Counted from the first letter of the stretch, positions 46,349-58,069 are shown. The stretch: 64,000 nucleotides of DNA from Dehalococcoidia bacterium (GCA_965262725.1 OZ253555.1:1632001-1696000); one strand, 5' to 3'. Notes: a model not told the origin generated them from the sequence alone. Numbers and translations are program-made.

Positions 46349-47707
46349 CTACTGAAACCGCCAAAGACTCCGGATGTCCTCAACGTACTTCCTATACTGC
46401 GACAACCAGGGTTCCCTACCGTCGTCGGCCTCGGCGACCGACCTCATGTAGGCATCGTACAGACCCCGGCGCTCCAGCCCGGGAACGCCTAGCCACAGGA
46501 GTGCGGTCTTGGGGACAGTTCTCCGTTTGCGAGCGAGTCTTTCGAAGAGAAACTCCTCGAGCCGGTCGCTTGAGTCGAGGGCTTGACGTGCCTCCCGCTC
46601 CGAGGGCCGATATCCGTGATGCACAACCCGGTGGCGACATTCCTCAACCGCGTCTCGCCATCCGCCGACCGGTGCATCTGTGAGCGTCACATCCCATTGC
46701 CCGCCTAAGCTCGAGGAGTATCTGGTCTTGATGCGTCCGATGAGACCGCGATCGAACCACTGTGCAGCTTCGTTCGCCGGAACACCTTGTTCCCAAGCGA
46801 TCATCAACAGCAATCCATCCAGTAGTGTTTCGCCCCGGGCGTATAGCCATGTCAGACAAGCCTGATAGTCAGCGTCGACATGATATGCGCGCTGAGCGCG
46901 CCGGAGATGTTCTAACGCAGTGGCTACGGGGTCGCCCGACTCACCCGCGAAGGTTCGACGTGTCAGCAATACCATCATGCGGTGAATGCGTTCTTCGTCC
47001 ATAGTGGGGATCGACACGGCAAGGCTGGTTGCTCCTTCATGTGTTTGGAACATGCCCAACCCACCAAGTCCCGTGCGAGGCTCGGATGTGGTCCACGGAA
47101 TTGTGGCAGCGATTGACCTCCGCGTCGGAATCTCGACACGCCAATCATTCTCAGCCGTGATGTAGGCGCGATACAGTCTCTGTAGAGACTCAAGGCATCT
47201 ATCAAAGGCATCGGAGACGGTTGATTCTATGTCGATCTCGTCTTTAACGATCGTTGGAATCAACGGAGTGACGACCTCGAATACTGTCGCTTCCGAATCC
47301 ACACCTAGCTCCTGCAAGAGGGGCGGCGAAAAATCACCACGATCTTCCCCATCCGGGTCCATCATCCATCGGTAGGCGCGAAACGCACGCCTAATCAGGC
47401 TCGTCTCTAAGGTCATTCTCTCCGCAAGTCGCCAGACCTTGATCGATACGAATCCTCCCCTTTCCTCTTCCGGATCCACATACCGTGGCTGGACCCAGGG
47501 GACGGGCGCGATTGCGACGCCTTGGAGCCAGGGCACCTCTTCCTCACGAGCGAATCTGAAAGTTGATTCGTGTGGTATCGCAAGGGGCACGGAGGCAGGA
47601 ATAAAGAAGACGACGAAGCGCGGTTCCCCCGCCCAATGCGGAGGCAGGGGCGGATCTTCACCTTCGGGCGTCACGATTTCAGGATTCCAGTCTCCCTTCG
47701 GCGTCAC
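46349..47707 (-). CDS. Hypothetical protein with C-terminal HEPN-like domain
   Basis: Helical C-terminus with RHRVVH.GY.P...EA..AL (Rx4H); lower GC. Confidence 0.6.
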   Translation of the reverse strand: MTPKGDWNPEIVTPEGEDPPLPPHWAGEPRFVVFFIPASVPLAIPHESTFRFAREEEVPWLQGVAIAPVPWVQPRYVDPEEERGGFVSIKVWRLAERMTLETSLIRRAFRAYRWMMDPDGEDRGDFSPPLLQELGVDSEATVFEVVTPLIPTIVKDEIDIESTVSDAFDRCLESLQRLYRAYITAENDWRVEIPTRRSIAATIPWTTSEPRTGLGGLGMFQTHEGATSLAVSIPTMDEERIHRMMVLLTRRTFAGESGDPVATALEHLRRAQRAYHVDADYQACLTWLYARGETLLDGLLLMIAWEQGVPANEAAQWFDRGLIGRIKTRYSSSLGGQWDVTLTDAPVGGWRDAVEECRHRVVHHGYRPSEREARQALDSSDRLEEFLFERLARKRRTVPKTALLWLGVPGLERRGLYDAYMRSVAEADDGREPWLSQYRKYVEDIRSLWRFQ

Positions 47708-48185
47708 CCCGCAGGGAGTGCCCGTATCTCGGAGATCCCGCTCGTGAGACCCGCGACCAGCCGCTCGACCTCACCGACTGCGGCAGCATAGTCTATCGAC
47801 CCTGCCCGGACGCCCTTGCTGGACGCATCGGCGAACGGATCATGCTCGAACTGCACCGCAGCACGCCCCCCGTGTCGCACCTCGCGCTGGTCGGGCTCGG
47901 CGAGGCCCTGAGCGACGCAGGTGAGGACGAGGGAGACGAATGACCACCTTGCGGGTCTGCGTCCCGCCGAGGAGAGCGCGGCCACCGGGCTCCGCCCCGT
48001 GCCCACGCCGGACGGGCATCGCGTCCCGATCGACGACCAGGATGGGGAGTTACCAAGGCAGGGATGCGGGACCGGCGATACAAGCACCCGATCGGCCCTT
48101 CCCCGGTGTGAGCGAGGCCGCTTGAGCGGCGTGATCGATCGTCGCGAGTAGCTGCGCGGTCGGTGTTGGACTGACGAAATCGCGA

Positions 48186-49040
48186 GTGCGGGAAGGGCAG
48201 ATTCGCCTGGCGACCGTCAAGATCGTCTCCTGGAACGTCGCGCGCCGCCGGAAGCCTTGGCGCGTCCTCAGCGATATGGATGTCGATGTCGCGTTGCTCC
48301 AGGAGGCGAGCCGCCCGCCGCAGGATGTCGCCACCCGCATCGAGCTGGACCCTGCACCCTGGCCGAAGCCAGGTGCGCGCGCATCGGGACGCTGGCGAAC
48401 GGCGATCGCCAGACTCTCCGAGCGCGTCAGCCTGGAGTGGATCGAGGCGAAGTCGCTCGAGGATGCGGTCGGCGGGGAGCTGGCCGTCAGCCACGCCGGC
48501 ACACTCGCCGCTGCACGCGTCTCCGCCCCCGACATCGAGCCCTTCCTCGTCGTCTCCATGTACGCGCCGTGGAGGAGGCCGCACGTAATGACCGGCAGCA
48601 GGCGGATCGTCTCGGATGCATCGGCCCACCGGGTCGTCTCCGACCTCTCCGCGCTCGTCGGCCGCGAGTCCGGCCACCGCATTCTGGCCGCCGGTGACCT
48701 CAACATCCTCCTTGGCCATGGAGAGCACGGCAGCTCGTATTGGGCCTCGCGCTACGGAACCGTGTTCGACAGGATGGAGGCGCTGGGACTCCCCTTCGTC
48801 GGCCCGCAGGCTCCACACGGACGCCAGGCCGATCCATGGCCGCGCGAGCTCCCGAGGGAGAGCAGGAACGTCCCGACGTACCACTCGAACCGCCAGACGC
48901 CGGACACGGCAAGGCGCCAGCTGGACTTCGTCTTCGCCTCGAGAGAGCTGGCAGGCTCCGTGCGGGTACGGGCGCTCAACGAGCCGCACCGGTGGGGCCC
49001 CAGCGACCACTGCCGTCTGAAGATCGAAGTCTCCCACTGA
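48186..49040 (+). CDS. EEP-family nuclease/phosphatase
   Basis: SWNV, DVALLQE, GDLN, QLDFVF, PSDH. Confidence 0.9.
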   Translation: MREGQIRLATVKIVSWNVARRRKPWRVLSDMDVDVALLQEASRPPQDVATRIELDPAPWPKPGARASGRWRTAIARLSERVSLEWIEAKSLEDAVGGELAVSHAGTLAAARVSAPDIEPFLVVSMYAPWRRPHVMTGSRRIVSDASAHRVVSDLSALVGRESGHRILAAGDLNILLGHGEHGSSYWASRYGTVFDRMEALGLPFVGPQAPHGRQADPWPRELPRESRNVPTYHSNRQTPDTARRQLDFVFASRELAGSVRVRALNEPHRWGPSDHCRLKIEVSH

Positions 49041-49559
49041 GGCGTGGGCGTGAGAGCACCGGCGGACGCGCCGACGCGAGGCCGCCATCGCACGCCTCAG
49101 GGCGGGGCGGTCCCGCCGGGCGCGTCGCGACGGCTGACGCCGGTTCGACACCGTGCGCACGGGCGTGGGGTTGCCGGGAGTCCTCATCCCGAGCACCAAG
49201 GGCGATGTCCTAGTCTCGCTGCCCGCGCACTCACAGCGCGATCCACACGCCCGGATCCTGTCTCTCGGACCACAGCGCCCAGTAGTGGCAGCCCGCGCTC
49301 CATTCGTCATTCGACGGCGGGAACAGCGGCTGCGTGGCCTGCGCACCTAGGCGAGACCGAATCTCATCCGACCACCTGCCACGCCCGAACTCCCTTTCGC
49401 GCGCCCTCGCAGGATTCGTGCCGGCTCCCGATAGACGGTGTAGCCGATCATGAACATCGCGGACTGGAGAGCCCGCTGGCGTTCGGAATCGAGCTCCGCG
49501 AACGGCGACTGCCGCGACAGGACGTCAAGCACACGCGGCCATAACGTCCGACTTTGCGC

Positions 49560-49893
49560 AGCGCCGCGGCGTCCAGAGTAGACTCTCGTGCTCCCACAGC
49601 AGCTCGGCGAGGTGTGTGTGGTTCGCTCCCGGGTAGCGGGTGGCAGCGAGACGCACCACAGCCGAGGCGACCTCGGCCGGGACGGTGTTGTGCGGAAGGC
49701 GCCCGCGGTCGCCGTGGGCGAGCGCCGCGGCTCCGCGCGCCCGGTAGGCGGCGAGCAGTCTCCACGCGTGGCGCTGGCTGACACCCAGGATCTCGGCGGC
49801 CTGGACGAGCTGCAGATCTCCGGCGATCACCCGGTCGAGTACGTAGCGTCGTGCCTCTTCGAACTGCTTCTGTGAGGGTCGTCTGATCCGCAA
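49560..49893 (-). pseudogene. ISNCY/IS481-like transposase N-terminal HTH fragment
   Basis: QAAEILGVSQRH.WRLLAAYR..G...LAHG.RGR.PHN...Y...NHTHL.ELL. Confidence 0.75.
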
Positions 49894-50714
49894 GGCCGAC
49901 GTGGCGGCCTTCTGCGCCGTTCTACCGATCGCGCCTCCCGTCCGCAGCCCTCTGTGGTGGTCGTCGGTGCCGATGCGAGTGGTGCCGCCGCCGGCACGGC
50001 GCTCGACGCCCTGTAGTAAGTCGACTCCGGGTGTGCGGCGACGTTCGCGAGCGGAGCGCTGGGCGCTCGATCTCCGTATGCGCGCTCGTCTGTGACGGCG
50101 GCGTCAGCTTCGAGTTGCTTGCTCATCGCATCTGGTGACGTGATGAGCGGCGGAGTGCCGCCTCCGCCTGGCGTACCCATCACATACCAGCCGATGTCGG
50201 CCGTCGCCGGCAGCGTGGAGATCCGGTTGTCGCCGGTGTCGTATGCGTCCACGTCGAGCCGCACGCGGCCGCCCGCCGCGACCGCGACGGTCGCGCTCCC
50301 GCGCGGCTCGATCCTTCCGACCGTGGTGGTCTGTGTGGTTGCGCCGGTGGGGAGGGTGTAGATCAGCGCGCTGGCCGCGAAGCCGACGCCGACGAGCAGC
50401 AGCAGCGGCGCCGCCGCGCGCAGCTGCCCGGCGAACGGAGGACGCGGGGAGGTCACTGGGTACGCTCTCGATGGTGCGCCGCGAGTGTCGTCTCGGATGC
50501 GGGACGGTCGAACCTCTCCGGCCTCCTGGTACCGCTCGCTGGTCGTGGGGGATCGCTGCCCTCGCCGCTTCGCTGACGGCACAGGCGGCGACCACGCAGG
50601 GATGGATAGCGCGGCAGTGTCCACACCATCGCGACGGTGATGGTCGGACGCGCGGCTGCTCCCCAGGGTGGGAATGACAACCGATTCTGGCCCCACCTTG
50701 ATCCTCGAAACTGG

Positions 50715-52632
50715 GAGCGCCAGGCGAACTGGTGCGTGGGCAGGAGGTGCAAGTCCTCTGCGGCGAAGGAGCAAGCCACTCCACGCCGCTCCGCGAGCCG
50801 TGCGCGGGTCATCGCGAGGTGGCCCGCGAAGCGTCGGTAGCGGGGTATGCGGGCGGAGCTATTGAGCATCGAAAGGACAATCTGGAGCGTCGAGGCCCTC
50901 CATTTGGTCGAAGGCAACACCGGCGACGGCGGTACGGGCGAGTCGTCGTCGGGCTCCACGGTGTCGAAGAACTCAGGCACGCATACACGTCCATCACCGG
51001 GACCTGGGAGGGCTCCGTGTCGTCCCGGCGGGTCGTACGCCGGGACCGCATCGGGAAGGGAGGCAACCGTAGCCGATGATGCACGACTCGGAGCAGTCTG
51101 ATGGGGCCGTACGAGCTACGAAGGCGGCGAACAAGGGGGCGCGAGCCTCGGCGGAGTCGCTGGAGCAAAGGGCCCCAGCCAAGAGGAATCTTCGAAGCAC
51201 CGGCACGGTCCGGACGCAGAGTCGGGTGGCCGTGTCACCCGGAGCGGAGAGGATACGGCAGTTTGTGGAGAGGAAGCCGGGAGAGAAACTCACCACGCTC
51301 CTGCACCACATCACGCCGGAAGCGCTGAGGGAGGCGTACCTCGCCTTGAAGCGAGACGCGGCTCCGGGCGTGGACGGGGTGACGTGGCGGGAGTACGGGG
51401 ACGAACTGGACGAGCGATTGCTCGACCTGCACGGCCGCGTGCACCGGGGAGCGTATCGGGCGAAGCCTGTGCGGCGGGTAGAGATACCAAAGCCGGACGG
51501 GGGAGTACGGCCGCTCGGTATCGTCTCGCTGGAGGACAAGATCGTTCAGCGGGCAGTGGTGGACAATCTCCTGAACCCGGTCTTCGAGCCGGGCTTCTAC
51601 GGCTTCTCGTATGGCTTCAGGCCGGGACGCTCGGCGCATGACGCGCTGGACGCACTGGCCTACGCGGTGGACCGGCGCAAGGTCAGCTGGATTGTCGAGG
51701 TCGATATCCGGGGGTTCTTCGACAGCATCGACCGGGAGCAGCTGATGCTGTTCTTGGAGAAGCGCATCGGGGACCAGCGGGTGTTGCACCTGATACGAAA
51801 GTGGCTGAACGCCGGCGTCATAGACGCGGGACTGGAAGTCGATTTCGTACGGGGGACGCCGCAGGGAGCGCCGATATCGCCGCTGCTTGCGAACGTGTAC
51901 CTCCATAACGTGCTCGACGACTGGTTCGCGCGCGAGTGGCGACCGCGGGAGGCCCGGGGCGAGGCGTACATCGTGCGGTATGCCGATGACTTCGTCCTGG
52001 GATTCCAGTACCGCAGCGATGCGGTGCGGTTCATGGAGGCACTCCGGGAGCGGTTCGCGGCCTACGGGCTGGAGCTACACCCGGAGAAGACGCGCCTCGT
52101 GGAGTTCGGCAGGTACGCGATTGCGAACCGGCGTGAGCGCGGGGAGAGTCGGCCGGAGACGTTCGACTATCTTGGGTTTACGCACTACTGCCGGACGACG
52201 CGCAAGGGGCGTTTCGGGCTAGGGCGCAAGCCCTCAGCGAAGCGGATGCGGCGCACACTCAAGGCCATCAAGGTCGAGTTGCGGCGGCGCATGCATGACA
52301 ACCCCGTGAAGACGGGGCGGTGGCTGGGAAGCGTGCTGCGTGGATGGCTTGGCTACTACGCGGTGCCGACCAGTGTCGCGGCGCTGACACGGTTCGCTCA
52401 TTTCGTGAGGCGGCTCTGGCTGCGACGTCTCCGTCGGAGGTCGCAGCGGGACTACTTCACATGGGAGCGTCTCCACGCCCTGTGTCGCCGACTGTGGCCC
52501 CGCATCGCCATCCTGCACCCGTGGCCAGTGGAGCGATTTGCCGTCAGAACTCAAGGCGGGAGCCGGATGCGTTAGCGCGCTCGTCCGGATCCGTGCGGGG
52601 GGCGCCGGGTAACCGGCGTCCCTACCGCGAAC
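50715..52632 (+). mobile_element. Group II intron (probably bacterial class E-like)
   Basis: 5' GAGCG (GUGYG variant); domain V GAGCCGGATGCG..CGCTCGTCCGGAT; domain VI ending CCCTACCGCGAA(C); RT ORF inside. The 3' boundary is uncertain by 1 nt. Confidence 0.85.
51076..52575 (+). CDS. ltrA: Group II intron reverse transcriptase/maturase (no En domain)
   Basis: APGVDG, IPKPDG..RPLGI, SYGFRPGRS.HDAL, GTPQG..ISPLLAN.YLH, YADD, FLGF-like YLGF, GW..YY. Confidence 0.95.
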   Translation: MMHDSEQSDGAVRATKAANKGARASAESLEQRAPAKRNLRSTGTVRTQSRVAVSPGAERIRQFVERKPGEKLTTLLHHITPEALREAYLALKRDAAPGVDGVTWREYGDELDERLLDLHGRVHRGAYRAKPVRRVEIPKPDGGVRPLGIVSLEDKIVQRAVVDNLLNPVFEPGFYGFSYGFRPGRSAHDALDALAYAVDRRKVSWIVEVDIRGFFDSIDREQLMLFLEKRIGDQRVLHLIRKWLNAGVIDAGLEVDFVRGTPQGAPISPLLANVYLHNVLDDWFAREWRPREARGEAYIVRYADDFVLGFQYRSDAVRFMEALRERFAAYGLELHPEKTRLVEFGRYAIANRRERGESRPETFDYLGFTHYCRTTRKGRFGLGRKPSAKRMRRTLKAIKVELRRRMHDNPVKTGRWLGSVLRGWLGYYAVPTSVAALTRFAHFVRRLWLRRLRRRSQRDYFTWERLHALCRRLWPRIAILHPWPVERFAVRTQGGSRMR

Positions 52633-52651
52633 CCCACCCCCGGGGCCGTGA

Positions 52652-53435
52652 TCAAGTGGTTGGTGCACCTCCCTTCGGGGCGGAAGTGACCCGCAGGCGG
52701 TAGGATTCTCTGCCGGTCTCGATGATGTGTGCGCGGAAGGTGAGCCGGTCGACGACGGCGGCGGCGAGCCGGGGGGTCGGCGAAGGTCTGGCCCCACTCC
52801 GAGAACGGGGCGTTGGAGGCGACCGCCACCGAGGCCCGCTCCTCCCGCTCCGTCAGCACCTGGAAGAGCAGTTCCGCCCCCCGGCGATCGAGCTGCAGGT
52901 AGCCCAGCTCGTCCAGGCACAGCAGGTCGAGCCGCCCGTAGCGGGCGACCAGGCGCGAGAGCACGCGCTCGTCCGAGGCCTCGGCGAGCTCGTTCACCAG
53001 CTGTGCCGCCGTCGTGTAGCGCACGCGCAGCCCACGCTGGCAGGCGGCCAGGCCGAGGCCGATCAGCAAGTGCGACTTGCCGGTGCCGCTGTCGCCGAGC
53101 AGCACCACGGGCTCGCCCCGCTCCACCCACTCGCAGCGCTCGAGCGCGGCGAGCAGCGCCGGGTCGACCGTCGGCGCCGCCGCCAGGTCGAAGTCCGCCA
53201 GGTGCTTGAGCCGGGGGAAGCGCGCCTCGGCGGTGCGGCGCTCGCGGCGGCGCGCCTCGCGGTCCTCGAGCTCGGCCGAGAGCAGCTCGCCGAGGTAGGC
53301 GAGATGGCTCAGGCGGTCGCGCAGCACCGCCTCGGCGAGGGGACCCGCCTGCTCGCGCACGGTCGGGAGGCGCAGCGCACGGCTCGTCGCCTCGACCGCC
53401 AGCGCCGCCGCCTGTTCGGTGACCGAAGCCCTCAT
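52652..53435 (-). pseudogene. istB: IS21 helper ATPase IstB (+1 frameshift in the G6 run at 52771-52776)
   Basis: LRLPT, GDSGTGKSHL, LDELGY, SN.PFSEW; VVDRLT...HIIETG..SYRL continues in another frame. Confidence 0.9.
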
Positions 53436-54272
53436 CGCGTGCTCCCGGCGAGCAGCGCGTCGTAGCCGGCGAGGCTCGGGGCCGGGCGGTCGAAGCGCCG
53501 GAGCGCCGGCCGCTCCACGACGGCGGCCGTCCGGCGGCCGTCGGCGATGCGCCGTGCCTCGATGGCGACCAGCGCCGGGTCGACCGAGCCGATGCGCTCC
53601 ACCGCGTCCAGCGCGGCGTGCACCGGGATGAAGGGCAGGCGGCGGTGCAGCAGCAGCACCTCGATCAGCGAGCGCGACCGCGCCGGGGAGCGCACCCGGC
53701 TTGCGCGAGAGCACCTCCAGGTAGTGGTCGAGCACGAGGACCTCGGCGCCCTTGCGCGTGCTGCGCTCGTGGCGGGCGATCTCGCGGCCCTCGGCGTGCA
53801 CGGTGAGCATCGCGCCGCCGAGGCGCACGTCCACGCTGCGGCCGGCGCAGGCCGCGGGGACCGAGTAGCGCGAGCCGCGCACCGAGATGCGCGCCTTGCG
53901 GTCGGCCTTCGCGCGCAGCGGGACCGCGGAGTCGAACGGCTCGGCGGGGAGCGGCCGCAGCGAGGGCCGCTCGGCCTCCGCCGCCTGGCCGACGGTCGCG
54001 AGCCGGCCGGTGATGTGGCGTGCGTCGTCTGCACGGTCGGCGGCCTCGAGCAGCGCGTTGAGCTCGGCCAGGCTGCCCACGTGCGGGACCGGCACGAGGT
54101 GGCGGCGGCGGAAGCGGCCGACCTCGCCCTCCACGCCGCCCTTCTCGTGGGCGCCGCCCGGCCCGGGCTCGCAGTAGAAGGCGTCGAAGCCGTAGTGCGA
54201 GCGCAGCGCCGTGAAACGGTCGCTCTCCACGCGGTCGCGGCCGCGCAGCACGCGCACCACGGCCGCCTTCAG
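53432..54272 (-). pseudogene. istA: IS21 transposase IstA, C-terminal part with internal deletion
   Basis: SHYGF....C.PG..GAHEKGGVEGEVG.FRR, RYSVP, LDHYLEVL.RKPGALPG; frame junction near 53668. Confidence 0.85.
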
Positions 54273-55185
54273 ACGTCCAGCCGGCCTCGCGGATGTGCGC
54301 CGCGGCCTCGTTGATCAGGTCGTGGAAGTCCCTCTCCCCTCCCAGGAGCCCCTCGTAGCGCGACCGGACCTGCTCGAACACGTCGAGGAACGCCGCGCTG
54401 CGCTCGCGAGCGCCCGAGTCGCGCGCACGAGCGCGCAGCAGGTCGGGGGGGAGGCGGTTGGTCTTGACGTGGTGGAGGAAGGTGGCCGCCAGCCGCGCCA
54501 GCCCCGAGGTCACCCAGCTGCCGAGGCTCGCGAGAAGCGTCTCCACCGGCACGGGCGCGAGCGTCACGCCCGCCTCCTCGAGCTGCTTGCGCAGAGTCTC
54601 CTCGAGCACGCCCTCGCGCCGCTGCCAGCTGTATGTCTCGATCAGCCACGTCTCGTTCTCCTCATGGATGCGGCGCTTCCACGCGGCGCCCTCGGCGTAG
54701 CCCTGCCACCCCGCCGGCGGCCTTCCCAGCCCGTCCAGCGCGAAATGCTCGATGTATATGCCGTGGTCCGGGAGGTAGAAGTCCGGCCGATACTGTTGGT
54801 ACTGCGGCGTCGCGGTGTCGATCTCGTAGGGCGCCTCGTACAGGAAGTTGACGCCGTTGAGCGCGAGGAAGTTCGCGATCTCGAGCTCCTCGAAGCTCTT
54901 GACCAGATCGCCGCTCAACGCGCGCCGGTCGAAGCGACGGACGTAGTCCGCGTACTCGCCCGGCGTCTCGAAGTCGAACTGCGAGCGGTAGTCCACGCGG
55001 TGGCGGGCGATGAAGGTCGCGACCGTGTCGCTCTGCTCGGGATCGGCGAGCAGGTCGAGGAGGATCCGGTCGATCGCCGCGACGAGCCGCGCGTCATCCT
55101 CCGCCAGCTTCGACACCGTCGGGGCCACGCCGACATCGGCGATGACGCGTCGCCCGAAGGAGTGGAAGGTGTGGACGTGCCCCGA
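54273..55185 (-). pseudogene. UvrD/helicase IV-like protein, internal fragment with nuclease-like insert
   Basis: HTFHSFG, VKSFEE..IANFL..NG..F.YE, Y.PDFYL, YIEHFA, LIETYS, DF.DLI. Confidence 0.8.
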
Positions 55186-55199
55186 CGGGGATGCCGGCG

Positions 55200-55934
55200 T
55201 CATTCCCGAGGCGGATCACGTCGCCGTCGAGCGAGACGCGGGAGCTGCGAGTCACTCACCGGGCTGGGAGTCCCGAACTTCAGGGGACTCCGCTCCAGGT
55301 AGAAGCGCGTCCAGCCCGCGGGCAGCGGCGCCGCCGTCACCACCGTCAGCTGCTGCCCGCGCGCCACGCGGTAGCGCCCGGTCGCGTCGGGCTCGAGCAG
55401 CACGTCCGCGGGGATGTCCACCACCTGCGCGTAGTCGCCGGGCGCTCCCCGGTACACGGCACGGATGCAGTCGGAGGCGGCCGGGGCCGCGCAGCGGCTC
55501 GCCGGCAGCTCCGTGAACGTCGCCGTGACGCTCCGGGGCGCGTCCATCGTCAGCACGCACTGAGAGCTCAGCGCCCCGCTGCAGTCCCCGCCCCAGCTGA
55601 ACTCGTGCGTCGCGTCGTTCCAGCTCGCCCGAAGCGTGACCTCGACTCCGTCCTCGTGCGTCGTCGTCCCGTCGGGCGTCACCGTGCCCTCACCCGTCGC
55701 CGACACCGTCAGGGTGCGCGTGATGCGCTCGAGCGCGGTGCTCGCCGCCTCCGTCGGCGCTGTAGGCGGGGCGGCGGTGGACCGTGGCTCCGCCGGCCCG
55801 CGTGACGCCGCCGGGGACGGGGATCCCGTCGCGGCCTGCGGCGAGGCCGGAGCCCCTGCGCCGGAGCACGCCCCGGCCAGCATGAGCGCGAGCGCCAGGG
55901 ACGCCGCGAGCAGGCGACCGCCCATCGTCCTCAT
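55200..55934 (-). pseudogene. Lipoprotein with divergent InlB B-repeat domain, truncated at the helicase fragment
   Basis: LAGAC lipobox, LTVS..GEGTV...G.EVTL.A....F.WGGDCSG...C.LTM...SVTATF. Confidence 0.6.
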
Positions 55935-56718
55935 GCTGCCACGACCGACGATGCGGGCCGCGCCGTCCGAGGCTTGGAGATCGCAGTGGTGCGGTGGCGT
56001 CCCGCGGGGAGGCCGGGGGCGTGGGCGCAACGCCGCCGCCCGTGCACGCGAGCGCCGCCCCGACCGCCGCCAGCAGCAACACCGAGCCGAGCGTTGCGAG
56101 CAAGACCGGCCCCACCGGATCCGGGCGGGAGTTCCGTGTCGCGGCGTTGCCGGTAGTTCCACGTCACGCCCGACGTCCCGTCCCATTGAGGCACGATGCC
56201 GCAACCGTCCTGCGCATCATGTCACCGGTGCGCAGGGAAGCCCGCGACGCCGCACGGCGACGACGCCCGGGCGGCGGTACTGCGCGCGTCTCGAGGCGAC
56301 GCCGCCCGCCACGGCGGGAGAGGCCGACCATGACCTCGCCCACCGCACCGCTCACGTGGCCGCGGCGGCACCCGCCGCCAGGGCGGCCGCTAAGGCTCCA
56401 GACGAACTCGTCCCGGCGCAGACCGCTGTCTACGCAAGATGCCCCCGGCATCAAGCCGGCCGGCACACGGATCGAAGGCGATGGCCCCGACGGTCCAGGA
56501 GATGCTCCGTGCGCCGCTCGCCTGCTCGGGGGAGGCGCTCGATGCCCCGGGGATAAGCGGAAGCGTTGACTTCGGCGCAGCCCCGGGAACCCCACCGTCG
56601 GTAGGCTCGGGAGCCCGCCGATCACCGAGACCGGAAACTGCAGAGGGAAGGTTCACCGCCACCGTCCGAATATCGGAGGCCCGGTTCCAGGAGGCGCGAC
56701 CCACGCGAGATGCACGGG

Positions 56719-56976
56719 CTAGCGCGTGCCGACCTTCTTCCACACCAGCATGCGCTGCTGGCTGTCCGTCCACGAGCAGCGGATGCGGACGTTCGACTGG
56801 CGTGCCGCTTCCTGGAGCAGCCGCTTCACGGTCGCCGGCTTCTCGCCGCGCTCAAGCTCCACGCTCCCCGCGTCGCCCGCGTTCAGCGCCTCGATGTAGG
56901 GCTTCCGCCTCTCCGCACCGGCGCGCCCGCGCCCGACGGCAACATCATCAGGGTTCACCTTCGTGAATGTGGGCAT
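56719..56976 (-). CDS. Small basic hypothetical protein (possibly DNA-binding)
   Basis: 85 aa (MPTFTKV...); ACGGAGG RBS; Lys/Arg-rich. Confidence 0.6.
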   Translation of the reverse strand: MPTFTKVNPDDVAVGRGRAGAERRKPYIEALNAGDAGSVELERGEKPATVKRLLQEAARQSNVRIRCSWTDSQQRMLVWKKVGTR

Positions 56977-57615
56977 CAGATCCTCCGTTCCCCATCTCCA
57001 GCAATGCGGTCCCGCGGCGCTCCCGCCCCGGTGTGGCCGGCGACCCGCCGCTCCCGGCGGTCGGCGGCGGCAGGGGCGGAAGGCCGTCAGACTCCATTGT
57101 CCCAGAATCGGCGAGGCACCTCTGTGCATCTCCCCGCACCCACGGCGGTCAGGGCCGTCGGTGGAGCCGTGCCGGGCAGGTGCTGCCGGCGGCGGCCCGG
57201 GGCGACGAGGATGGCATTCGCCGTGCGAACGGGTCCCCGTGCGGGGGAGCAGGCCGGCGTCGCGCACACCTGCGGAGCCTTCGGTCGTCGTGCTGCTCGG
57301 CCGGCCGTACCACGACGTCGTGGATGCGCGCGGGCAGCACGACGAGGGTCGTCGCCTCTCCTCGCATCTCGCCCGTGCGTGACCGGCAGTCGCCATGCGA
57401 CCGACCGGTACCGACTCCAGCAGTGAACTCGTCCAGCACCCGTGAGTTCGCAAGAAGCCGCACGTCCGCTGAGGCGGGATCATTACCGCTGAGGACAGAG
57501 CCGACGGCCGGGACGTGCTGCTCGCTGTGGGGATGCACGGATCGTCCGTGAGCGAGCCGGAACGCGACCTGCACACCCCGTTCAAGAAAACAAAATACAA
57601 AGATCCGCTCCTAAT

Positions 57616-58069
57616 TTGTTCCGGATTTGTTCACAGGGCGTTCCTGCGACCCGAAGGCGGAGTCGCCTGCCCGGGCGAAGCCGCGGGCCCGTGGCCGGCC
57701 CGTGCGCGGGCGCCCGAGCGGGCCCGCACGGCCCTGACCGGACGGCGTGGGCCACAGGCAGGGGCCCCTGGAGAGGTTCCGAGGGTCGTGTGGCCAGATT
57801 CAATCCATGCGCTGCTGAGGTAGCTGGCCGTCGGCACGCGGCTGATCGCTCGTGCGACCAGCCTGGACCGGGGTCGAGCCGCGTCCACGGCCGTGCGGCC
57901 GGCGCCGTGCCCATCGTTCCGGGTCATTCCCGCAGCCCGGGAGTCGCGGCGCCCTCCGGGACGGGGCTGGCGGCGCCAATCGGCCCCGCACGGCGGAAAA
58001 GGAACAAATCCGGAAGAAATCCGGAACGTTGTGAACTCTCATGGAACGCAGCCGGAACTTTCTGTGAAC
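57616..58069. repeat. Non-coding inverted and tandem repeats (GAACAAATCCGGAA / TGTGAAC)
   Basis: 57616-57632 is the reverse complement (16/17) of 58002-58018; AAATCCGGAA in tandem; CCGGAAC..TGTGAAC occurs twice. Confidence 0.6.

Larger units (their letters stand above)
50669..54272 (-). mobile_element. Truncated IS21-family element (istA fragment, istB, right end), interrupted by a group II intron
   Basis: Terminal TGGGAATGACAACCGATTCTGGCCCCACC from 50669; second CTGG|CCCCACC repeat split by the intron; istA/istB homology. Confidence 0.75.

Noticed and set aside
49900-50500. Intact secreted/surface protein gene
   Set aside because: Only a short TM-plus-beta segment is plausible, with no credible start or end; likely debris, family not assignable
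51076-52575. Retron, DGR or defence-associated RT
   Set aside because: YADD RT with maturase domain, flanked by clear group II intron domains V and VI; no TR/VR pair or msr-msd seen
52572-55203. Long ORFs 52572-54260 and 53665-55203 as real fusion proteins
   Set aside because: They read through deletion and frameshift junctions joining helicase, istA and istB fragments
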